A DNA stretch of 64,000 bases from an uncultured Clostridia bacterium (lineage in GTDB: Bacteria; Bacillota; Clostridia; Christensenellales; UBA1242). Each line of letters opens with the position of its first letter. Within the stretch, counting starts at the first letter, position 1. The DNA lies in NCBI GenBank assembly GCA_947053595.1, contig CAMRSX010000004.1, positions 13,711-77,710 of the forward strand, written 5' to 3'. The notes below the pieces were generated by a model. It was not told the origin of the DNA. It was given only the letters and a program-made list of their open reading frames with translations, and searched no databases. Positions 1 to 6,963 of the stretch are shown here, piece after piece. A program made the translations under genes and the position numbers.

Positions 1-2645
1 AGTTTGGCTTTTTTTGCCAAATAAATCCCAAAATTTAAGAATGCCACAAACATGCAATAAATCAGCGACGCAATCAAAAACTCTTGGCTGAAGTGCGCAA
101 ACACGCCTTTTGGAAGAAAAACACTGAAGCAAAACAGCAAGGTGGAAAACAAAAGTGGAAAGAATTCCAAAAAAATCACCACAAACTTCTTCAAAAACTT
201 GTCGTCTTTAAGGCGCTTTTTTGCAGGCTTTTCTGTTTCTTCTGCAGAAATTTGCTTTGCGGCACGCATTGTTGGCAACACATCTGTTGCCCCCGCGCAG
301 CGCTCTGCCACCTTGATGGCGCTGACAGAAGCATCCAGCGAAAGTTCCAGCTGCGCCAGTCTGGTGTCAATTTTGTTTAAGATTTCTGTGTAAGACTCAA
401 ACTCTTCCACCAATTCAAGTTCTTTTAAATAACTTTCAAAAGGTTGCAGTTGAAGTTGAAAATATCTCACGCCAGCATCAATGCTGGCATCCCCTTGTTT
501 TTCCAACTCCAGCAAAAGCTTGCTGTTTCTCAGCAAGAATTCTTTCAACTTGGCTGACAGCTGATTTTTGTCCAAAAGTTCTGGCGCAAAGGCGGTGCGC
601 TTGCCCTTAAACAGATTGTTTTTGCTGACAATGCCAGCATACACCTCGTCTTGCGCGTCACTGGAAAGTTCCAGCAGCGTTTGCCACTCGGGCATCTTCA
701 TGATTCTGACATCCGACATGATAAGCTCGCTGTCAGAGCGGCAGTGCGCCTTAATCTGAATTAAAATCCAATACAGCGTGCCGTCTTGCTTGCTTTTGGA
801 AATGGCAATGGAGATGTATTTTTCTGCCAGCGTAAACAACTTCATCTGCTGCAGATGCTGGGCAACGCCTTTGGAAAGCCTGACAATGTCTGCATCTGAG
901 GAGATGTATCCCAAATAAAAATCCAACTGCTTTTCTGCTTTTTTGACATCCAAAAATGCCACTGGCACAATCAAATCTAAAATGGTGGAAACAAAATTTG
1001 CGCGCTGAGTTTTGTCAAAATATTTAAGCACGCCCTCCACTTCTTCCGCGTTGCAATAAGAAAGTTTTGCATCGGTGCTGGAAAAGTGACGAAGAAACAC
1101 TGCAACATTGCTTTGAAAGTGCCCCGCATCCAACTCCAAAATTTTTTGATAATATTTGCTGTCATCGCTTTTTTGCGCCAAAAGAAAATAGAAGTTCACA
1201 AAGCGGTCAACTTGTGATTTGTCAAAACATTTCAAAACTTTTTCAATCAGGTCTTCATCCAAAGTTTCAATGGCAACACGCTCTGCCTCTGTCACAAAGT
1301 TCTCACGATTTGGGGTTTTGAAGCCAGCAAGATAAAGCAAATATTTGCAATAATGCTCTGCGTCCCTGATGCTGACAATCAAGTTTTCCCACTTGTTCAC
1401 AAAATATTCTGCAAAATCCTTTGTGGCATAGCGCAAAATGCTGTCAATTTTTTCTTTATCTGTGAAGTTTGAAATGTTGGAAAAGAACGCTTCGTCTGTT
1501 TTGATTTTCTTTTCTGCCATAAGCTGCGCAAAAAGCAGCTGGCTGTTGTATGGGTCTTTTTCCAGCTCTTGCTGACAAAGCTGGCTGGCAGTTTGAAAAT
1601 CGCCGTTTTTTAGACTTAAGAAAATCCATCTGATTTTTGCTTCGTCGCTTAGGCTAACATTTTCAACCTGATAGTGCCCCAGTTCGCTTGGGATGACGGT
1701 GTCAATGTCCACATATTCCTTTTTGTTTGGAGCCACCCTCTCCACCTTCACCGTTTCAATTTTTGCGGTTTTTGAAGCAAAACTTTCAAGCTCTTTTTCA
1801 ATCAAAAGGCTTGTGTCTTGCAAAAAAGAAGTTGAATTGACATCAACAATGCTTTTGCAAAACACAAAATCTCGTGGAAGCTGGCTTTCATTAAGCTTGC
1901 TTTCGTCCAGCGCCAAAATAAAGCTGGACGCAGCCCGCTTTCTTTGCGAAATGAGAAATTGAAATCGGTCAGTCAGGTGCTTGTGCTCTGCAAAGCCCCC
2001 GTTTTTGCCCACAAAAAACAAAAACACTTTGGCTGTTTCCAACGCACGGAAGGTTTCGTTTTCTGTTTCTCTTGGTTTCAAAAAATATACGCTTTTGCCA
2101 CTTTGCTTCAAATTTTCCAGCAACTGCGCCAAAGTCTTTTGCTGCTTGTCTTCTGCTGGAAGGGTTGCGCAAACAATCACGTCAAAGTTTTGCTTTGAGG
2201 TGGAATCTTCATAAGCTTTCTTAATTCGGTCAATCCGCTTTGCCACCGCCTGAAAGTTTGCAGCAGTTTCGGCTGGGGCAAGTGAAAGCGCTTTTTTGAA
2301 GTCTTCATCCTGTGAAATGGAGTTGATTGTCTGCCCAAAAAACCTTGGGCGCTTGAAAGTGCCCTTTTGGCTGGTGTATAAAATCACCTCGTTTTTTGCA
2401 AGAGCTTTGCCAAAGTGCGCCTCAAAAGACAGCGGAAAAAGTGCCAGAATTTTGTCAAACTCTGCCACCGCATCTTCAAAACGCAGCGCTCGCAAAATTT
2501 CATAAGCGCCAACCAGCAAAACCTCTTCTTCTTTTGAGGCGTGCTCGTCCACATATAAAGTTCCGCAGAACGCACATTTAACCATGTTCTGCCCAACAAC
2601 TTTATATTCTCTTCCTCCGCAATTTTTGCAAACACGCTCTCTCAT
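1..2645 (-). CDS. Large zinc-ribbon / TPR-like helical protein with C-terminal TM helices; 3' end lies beyond the window edge
   Basis: The supplied ORF track omits it because there is no in-window stop. The minus-strand frame from the ATG at 2645 stays open to the left edge (~880 codons, my own translation). The N-terminus MRERVCKNCGGREYKVVGQNMVKCAFCGTLYVDE is a CxxC-x14-CxxC zinc ribbon. There are TPR-like helical stretches (GDFQTASQLCQQELEKDPYNSQLLFAQLMAEKK). Near the edge, FVVIFLEFFPLLFSTLLFCFSVFL and LIASLIYCMFVAFLNFGIYL look like TM helices. The gene starts 7 nt after the AAA gene stop. Confidence 0.7.
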   Translation of the reverse strand, partial: MRERVCKNCGGREYKVVGQNMVKCAFCGTLYVDEHASKEEEVLLVGAYEILRALRFEDAVAEFDKILALFPLSFEAHFGKALAKNEVILYTSQKGTFKRPRFFGQTINSISQDEDFKKALSLAPAETAANFQAVAKRIDRIKKAYEDSTSKQNFDVIVCATLPAEDKQQKTLAQLLENLKQSGKSVYFLKPRETENETFRALETAKVFLFFVGKNGGFAEHKHLTDRFQFLISQRKRAASSFILALDESKLNESQLPRDFVFCKSIVDVNSTSFLQDTSLLIEKELESFASKTAKIETVKVERVAPNKKEYVDIDTVIPSELGHYQVENVSLSDEAKIRWIFLSLKNGDFQTASQLCQQELEKDPYNSQLLFAQLMAEKKIKTDEAFFSNISNFTDKEKIDSILRYATKDFAEYFVNKWENLIVSIRDAEHYCKYLLYLAGFKTPNRENFVTEAERVAIETLDEDLIEKVLKCFDKSQVDRFVNFYFLLAQKSDDSKYYQKILELDAGHFQSNVAVFLRHFSSTDAKLSYCNAEEVEGVLKYFDKTQRANFVSTILDLIVPVAFLDVKKAEKQLDFYLGYISSDADIVRLSKGVAQHLQQMKLFTLAEKYISIAISKSKQDGTLYWILIQIKAHCRSDSELIMSDVRIMKMPEWQTLLELSSDAQDEVYAGIVSKNNLFKGKRTAFAPELLDKNQLSAKLKEFLLRNSKLLLELEKQGDASIDAGVRYFQLQLQPFESYLKELELVEEFESYTEILNKIDTRLAQLELSLDASVSAIKVAERCAGATDVLPTMRAAKQISAEETEKPAKKRLKDDKFLKKFVVIFLEFFPLLFSTLLFCFSVFLPKGVFAHFSQEFLIASLIYCMFVAFLNFGIYLAKKAK

Positions 2646-2652
2646 AAATTTC

Positions 2653-3798
2653 CTATTTCTTGTTTTTCTTCAAAATGCTGTCAATTTCATTGTTGTAATT
2701 TTCAAACTCTTCCAACTCTTTTTGCGTCACGCTTGGTGGAAAAGTGCCCAAAACCCTGTCAAAATCTTCATTTGTGACAAGAATGATTTTGTCTGTTGCA
2801 ATGGCCTGCAACAAAGGCTCGTCCTTGGCACGGTCACAAAGTTCTTCAATGTCAGCGCCGCTGTAAAGCTGGGTTTTTTCCACAACCTTGTCAACATCAA
2901 AATCTTTTGCCACTGGCACGCCCTTCATGTTTTTTTCAATCATAAACTTGCGTGCAGCCGCATCTGGAAGTGGAAGATAAATCTTTTGCGAAAAGCGTCC
3001 CGAACGCATTGCCGCGCTGTCAATATCCCAAGGTCTGTTGGTGGCACCCAGCAACAGCAAATTTGGATTTCTGCCTGAAAAACCGTCAATCTGCTGCAAA
3101 AACTCGTTAACTCGCTTATCGTTGTGCGTGTCCACGCCGCGCTTGCCAATCAAACTGTCCATTTCGTCAATGAAGATGATGGCGCGCTCTTGCTTGTTGG
3201 CTTCTTCAAACAAGCTGTTGATGTTCTTTTCGCTGTCACCCACCCATTTGCTGACAATGTCGCTGCCCTTGACAGCATAAAACTTTGCGCCAACTTCATT
3301 TGCAATGGCTTTGGCAATCATGGTTTTTCCTGTGCCCGGTGGCCCATAAAGCAGCACGCCGCCGCCCGTCTTTTTGCCATACAGCCGATATTTTTCTGGA
3401 TATTTCACCGGATTTATCATCTTGATGGTTATGGCTTTTTTCACGTCCTCCAACCCCGCAACATCTGCAAACGAGATGTTTGGAATTTTTGCCGCTTGCC
3501 ATTTTTTTATGTCGTCATCTTCTTCTTGGGCTGCGTCATTTTTTTTGTCATCCGCCTTTGTGGCTTTCACAGGAGTTTTCCCCACATTTTCTGCAATGTC
3601 CACCAGTCTTCTGGCGCGCTCAACTCGCACCTGTTTCAGGCTGCCTTCACTGAGTTTTGCCATTTGCATCATTGCCTCACTTGCCAGCAAAAAGTTTCGC
3701 TTTGCAAGTGCAAAATTTCCTTTGGCTTTGGCTTCCTTTCCCTTTTTCATATATAAATCAAAGGTGTCGGAAAGCACATTTATGTTTTTCTCCCCCAT
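2653..3798 (-). CDS. Single-domain AAA+ ATPase with MIT-like N-terminal domain (Vps4/CdvC-like)
   Basis: 381 aa. Motifs: Walker A LLYGPPGTGKT, Walker B IIFIDEMD, pore loop SKWVGDSEK, sensor-1 GATNRPW, DSAAMRSGRF...KIYLPLPD. The N-terminal ~75 aa form a three-helix segment (KAKGNFALAKRNFLLASEAMMQMAKL...RVERARRLVDIAENV) that resembles an MIT domain. It is followed by an acidic linker (DDKKNDAAQEEDDDIKKW). The C-terminal VTNEDFDRVLGTFPPSVTQKELEEFENY resembles the classical-clade/Vps4 C-terminal region. RBS AGAGGGA lies upstream. Confidence 0.8.
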   Translation of the reverse strand: MGEKNINVLSDTFDLYMKKGKEAKAKGNFALAKRNFLLASEAMMQMAKLSEGSLKQVRVERARRLVDIAENVGKTPVKATKADDKKNDAAQEEDDDIKKWQAAKIPNISFADVAGLEDVKKAITIKMINPVKYPEKYRLYGKKTGGGVLLYGPPGTGKTMIAKAIANEVGAKFYAVKGSDIVSKWVGDSEKNINSLFEEANKQERAIIFIDEMDSLIGKRGVDTHNDKRVNEFLQQIDGFSGRNPNLLLLGATNRPWDIDSAAMRSGRFSQKIYLPLPDAAARKFMIEKNMKGVPVAKDFDVDKVVEKTQLYSGADIEELCDRAKDEPLLQAIATDKIILVTNEDFDRVLGTFPPSVTQKELEEFENYNNEIDSILKKNKK

Positions 3799-3945
3799 AA
3801 AATTTCCCTCTAAAGTTGAAAGTTTTAAAAATTTTTCATTTTGTCATTTTGTTTTTTTTCAAAATCCGATTTTTAAAAAAGCTTCAAAATGCTGACAAAA
3901 CCCTTGCAAGGCTTTGCAATTTTGTTATTTAAAGGCGCTTTTTGC

Positions 3946-4545
3946 TTATTTTCCAGAATCGCTTTCAATTTTCTTTCTGATTTCTGCCATTTCTTTGTCC
4001 AAACTTTCTGAAGAAAGCTCGTCTTGGCTGGCTTGCTCCATAATGAACTTTTCAAGTTCATCATCGCTCATCTGCTTGCCGCTTTTGTCAATGCCTTGAT
4101 TGTAAAAGGTCTGTTGGCTCATTTCCATAAAGTTGTCCATTTGGTCGGTTTGAGTTTCAACTGCAGCCATTGCCTCTTCAAACTGAGTTTGAATTTTTGC
4201 AAACTCTTTGGCATCTGCCAATTTTGACATCTCTCTGGAAATGTCGCTCATGCCGCGCAAAAACTCGCCTGTCATCATGGTGACATCTCGCATTTGAGAG
4301 GTAATTTCAAAATTCAAAAGCATCTCTTGTGCACGCTTTTGCTGCTGAACTGTCATCTTATAGCCCGAAAGCGCAAGGTTGAATTGTGCATCCAAATCTC
4401 TTTGCTTTGCGCGCTTTGCAGCTTCAATAAACACTCGCTTTTGGTCTTCCAATTTGTTGATTTGCTTGTTCATGGTGTTGATTGTCCTTTTAATCAACAT
4501 CTTCTTTTCAATTTCCTTTTGTTGTTTGCTTTTAAAAAGTCCCAT
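3946..4545 (-). CDS. ESCRT-III (Snf7/CHMP)-like helical protein, paralog B
   Basis: 199 aa and all-helical. N-terminus is MGLFKSKQQKEIEKKML, followed by a basic N-terminal half and an acidic C-terminal half. The segment LLNFEITSQMRDVTMMTGEFLRGMSDISREMSKLADAKEFAKIQTQFEEAMAAVETQTDQMDNFMEMS mirrors the alpha2-alpha4 register of CHMP1/2-type proteins (from memory). The C-terminal amphipathic helix is SLDKEMAEIRKKIE. RBS GGAGGAA is embedded in the end of the upstream gene, with a 4-nt intergenic gap. Confidence 0.6.
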   Translation of the reverse strand: MGLFKSKQQKEIEKKMLIKRTINTMNKQINKLEDQKRVFIEAAKRAKQRDLDAQFNLALSGYKMTVQQQKRAQEMLLNFEITSQMRDVTMMTGEFLRGMSDISREMSKLADAKEFAKIQTQFEEAMAAVETQTDQMDNFMEMSQQTFYNQGIDKSGKQMSDDELEKFIMEQASQDELSSESLDKEMAEIRKKIESDSGK

Positions 4546-4549
4546 TTTT

Positions 4550-5155
4550 TCATTCCTCCATTTTCATTTTTTTTCTTTTTATTGGCTGTTGAGTTTGATT
4601 TTCCATCAGTTCGTTTTCTTCACTCAACTGATTTTCTTTTTCAAACATTGTCAAAATTTCTTCTTCGTTTTTTCCAATGCCATAAATTGGCTGATTCACC
4701 TCATAAGCCGATTGCACTTCTGCAAACAACTCGTCTGCCGATGTCAGCACATCCTCGCTTTTCACCCTTGTCACCAAAGCTTTGTTCAAAAACTTTGCCA
4801 AACCACGCTGGTCGGCCAGCAAGTCCGAAAGCGGCACCTTGGTTTGAGTTTTAAAGAAAGTGTTGCTGTCATAGGCGTCTTTAAGTTTGTTCATCAGGCG
4901 GATGTTGTAAAGCAAATACATTCCTCTTTCCATGCAAGTTGCCTTCTCTTCATTCAAGTGCGAAATTTTCTTGGCATAAAAAAGTTGCAAATCCTTGCTT
5001 TTTTCGTGCTTCCCCTTCTCCAAAAGCGCGTCAATTTCTTTGATTTTTTGAAACACCTCAGCTTCCACCGTGCGCTCTTGCCTTTCAAGCTCGCAGATGG
5101 AGTTCACCAAGTCTTCCCGATTTAGGTTTTTATATTTGTTCTTAAACGGCCACAT
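4550..5155 (-). CDS. ESCRT-III (Snf7/Vps20)-like helical protein, paralog A
   Basis: 201 aa. A helical hairpin-like N-terminal half (REDLVNSICELERQERTVEAEVFQKIKEIDALLEKGKHEKSKDLQLFYAKKISHLNEEKATCMERGMYLLYNIRLMNKLKDA) is reminiscent of Snf7/CHMP6 alpha1-alpha2. The C-terminal tail is acidic (EKENQLSEENELMENQ). It is adjacent and coupled to paralog B. Confidence 0.5.
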   Translation of the reverse strand: MWPFKNKYKNLNREDLVNSICELERQERTVEAEVFQKIKEIDALLEKGKHEKSKDLQLFYAKKISHLNEEKATCMERGMYLLYNIRLMNKLKDAYDSNTFFKTQTKVPLSDLLADQRGLAKFLNKALVTRVKSEDVLTSADELFAEVQSAYEVNQPIYGIGKNEEEILTMFEKENQLSEENELMENQTQQPIKRKKMKMEE

Positions 5156-5188
5156 ATTTTCTCCTTTTTATTACTGCAAGTTTTTGCC

Positions 5189-5548
5189 TTAATAGTTTTC
5201 TCCTTCTCGGATTTTGTAAATTCTTTCCAGCAAATCCAAATATTTTTTTCTCAGCGATTTGTCCGCACTTTCCAGTGCCAGCTTGCACTGCTCCACATCC
5301 AACACGCCTTTGTATGCAACAGGATTGGAATATAACTCGTCCTCGTTTTTGCATTCAAACTGCACAAGCATCAGCCCCCAAAACGCGTCAGCACAGGCTT
5401 TGTCCAACTGCAGCGCCAACTTAAAGTTCACCTCCGCCTGTGGAAAAAAGCCGTCGCTTAGGTTGAGGTATCCCAACTTCAGCTCTTGCAGCACCCTCTT
5501 TTCAACTTCTGGCAAAACGCCTTTTGAAGCTTGAAATGTCCTTTTCAT
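5189..5548 (-). CDS. Small TPR-like helical protein
   Basis: 119 aa. The TPR-like motif GFFPQAEVNFKLALQLDKACADAFWGLMLVQFECKNEDEL matches the logic of helical repeats in the large protein at 1..2645. Its start codon overlaps the stop of the upstream gene (TGATG at 5546..5550). Confidence 0.55.
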   Translation of the reverse strand: MKRTFQASKGVLPEVEKRVLQELKLGYLNLSDGFFPQAEVNFKLALQLDKACADAFWGLMLVQFECKNEDELYSNPVAYKGVLDVEQCKLALESADKSLRKKYLDLLERIYKIREGENY

Positions 5549-5955
5549 CAGTTGATTTCATCCTTCTTTCGTTGAATTATGTATGCCTCAATTTCTTCCA
5601 AAAGCCTAAGGCAGGTTTCTTGCGTGTTGTCTTTGGCTGTTGCAAGTTTAAGGTCGTCCAAGCGACTGGCAAGTTTGGCATCCGTCAAAAGCACTTTCTC
5701 GTTGGTTGTTGGGTTGAAAAATCTGATGCTGTCCTTAACTTCCACCAGCCTGCGGCAAAGTGCATCGTTGCCGTTGGCATACACAATTATGCTTTCCACA
5801 TTTGCCACCATGTTTTCAATAAATTTTTTATTTTTAAGCACTCCCTTTGTGCCACCGTTTTTCTGTTGATTTGGCTTGTGATAATATTCCCTAAAAATAT
5901 AAAACCCCGCAAAGCCAATAATCAGCAAAATAATTATGATGTAAAGTGCAATCAT
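5548..5955 (-). CDS. N-terminally membrane-anchored small protein
   Basis: 135 aa. N-terminal TM helix MIALYIIIILLIIGFAGFYIF, then a soluble helical part. It lies 13 nt downstream of the SPFH gene, with a 1-nt stop/start overlap to the next gene. Confidence 0.6.
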   Translation of the reverse strand: MIALYIIIILLIIGFAGFYIFREYYHKPNQQKNGGTKGVLKNKKFIENMVANVESIIVYANGNDALCRRLVEVKDSIRFFNPTTNEKVLLTDAKLASRLDDLKLATAKDNTQETCLRLLEEIEAYIIQRKKDEIN

Positions 5956-5968
5956 TGTTTTTTCCTCC

Positions 5969-6787
5969 TCAACTCAACTTTTCTCCGCAGTTTGCACAAA
6001 AAGCAGCTTCGTCAGCATTTTCTGTTTTGCAAACTGGGCAGACATTTGGCGCTGTCACCTTTTTGCCGCAACGGAAGCAAAACTTATCTCCTTCCTTCAG
6101 CGTGGCGCCGCAGTTTCGGCAGACAAGTGCGTCAACATTTTTAATGGTATTGCTCAAGCGATTGAAATCCGCCTCGTCAATAATAATGTTTGCAATATTA
6201 AAAGAAAAAACCGCAATACCATATTCGCTTTGAAGTTTGTGCCCCAGCACACTTTGCACCTTTTGCGAAATTTGTTTTTTGTAAAGCACCACCTGATTGA
6301 AAGGCACCGAATTGTCACGCACAAAATCCACCACCACGCCTTCCATAACTGAAACCACATTGGATTGCAACCTCTCTTGCAGTGCATCGGCAGTGAGGTC
6401 GTTTGAAGCGCCAACAAGATATAAATAACACTTTCGTGGGTCACCAACTTGCACCTCAAAATCGCCGCTCAGGCCAAGGCGATAGTTCTCTTGCAAGGTT
6501 GTGTCAAACATAAACAGCCTTTGCGGAGTGCCCCAGCGCATCTTAAGCTTGGCGGTTTTGGACATAAACAAAACTTCCAAAGCGGTGTCTCCCTCTGTCT
6601 TGAGGTCAACAAAATCGTCAATGAAATATTTTCCAGATGACAATGTTTGCAACATCTGTCCATCCTTAATTAAAATGGCATTGTGAGTTTCTGGCACAAT
6701 GAGGGTTTGCTTCGGCTGCAAGCTTTCCACAATCACCCTTGAAAAAAGTTTTTCGTTGTTGCCCACAAACTTGATGATGTTTTTCAT
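5969..6787 (-). CDS. SPFH (band-7)-like protein with C-terminal double zinc ribbon (YdjI/COG4260-like)
   Basis: 272 aa. The N-terminal beta-rich region has LIVPETHNAILIKDGQMLQTLSSGKYF...LEVLFMSKTAKLKMRWGTPQRL...FEVQVGDPRKCY, typical of the SPFH 'virion core protein-like' family. The C-terminus has two CxxC...CxxC ribbons (CRNCGATLKEGDKFCFRCG; CPVCKTENADEAAFCANCG). It is the first gene behind the strong promoter. Confidence 0.75.
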   Translation of the reverse strand: MKNIIKFVGNNEKLFSRVIVESLQPKQTLIVPETHNAILIKDGQMLQTLSSGKYFIDDFVDLKTEGDTALEVLFMSKTAKLKMRWGTPQRLFMFDTTLQENYRLGLSGDFEVQVGDPRKCYLYLVGASNDLTADALQERLQSNVVSVMEGVVVDFVRDNSVPFNQVVLYKKQISQKVQSVLGHKLQSEYGIAVFSFNIANIIIDEADFNRLSNTIKNVDALVCRNCGATLKEGDKFCFRCGKKVTAPNVCPVCKTENADEAAFCANCGEKLS

Positions 6788-6823
6788 AAAACTCCCATGG
6801 AAAAAAGACCTTCCCTTATGTTG

Positions 6824-6852
6824 ATTTTAACAAAACAAAAGCAAAATGTCAA
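6824..6852 (-). promoter_or_regulatory. Sigma-70/SigA-type promoter of the SPFH-ESCRT-III-AAA operon
   Basis: Minus strand reads TTGACA (6852..6847), a 17-nt spacer, then TG-n-TAAAAT (-10 at 6829..6824). RBS GGGAG lies 4 nt before the ATG at 6787. Confidence 0.7.
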
Positions 6853-6914
6853 AAAGAAAACGACATATTAAAGCTTAATTTTACAAAAAAACGCGCTTTA
6901 AGCCAATATCACAA

Positions 6915-6937
6915 CAAAAAAAAGTGGTTGTGCCACT
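6915..6937 (-). terminator. Rho-independent terminator after the lipoprotein gene
   Basis: Minus strand reads AGTGG-CACAA-CCACT followed by T8. It separates the lipoprotein gene from the operon promoter downstream. Confidence 0.7.
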
Positions 6938-6963
6938 CTTTTTGTTTGCCTTAAAAAATTTTG

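Noticed and set aside
84-2635. The left 2.6 kb apparently lacks a long ORF and shows only short plus/minus ORFs in the track. I wondered about a non-coding region, a pseudogene or an alternative genetic code.
   Set aside because: Manual translation of the minus strand from ATG 2645 gives one continuous, sensible protein to the window edge. The track omits ORFs without an in-window stop; the same applies to dnaN at the right edge. The many very long standard-code ORFs elsewhere argue against recoding.
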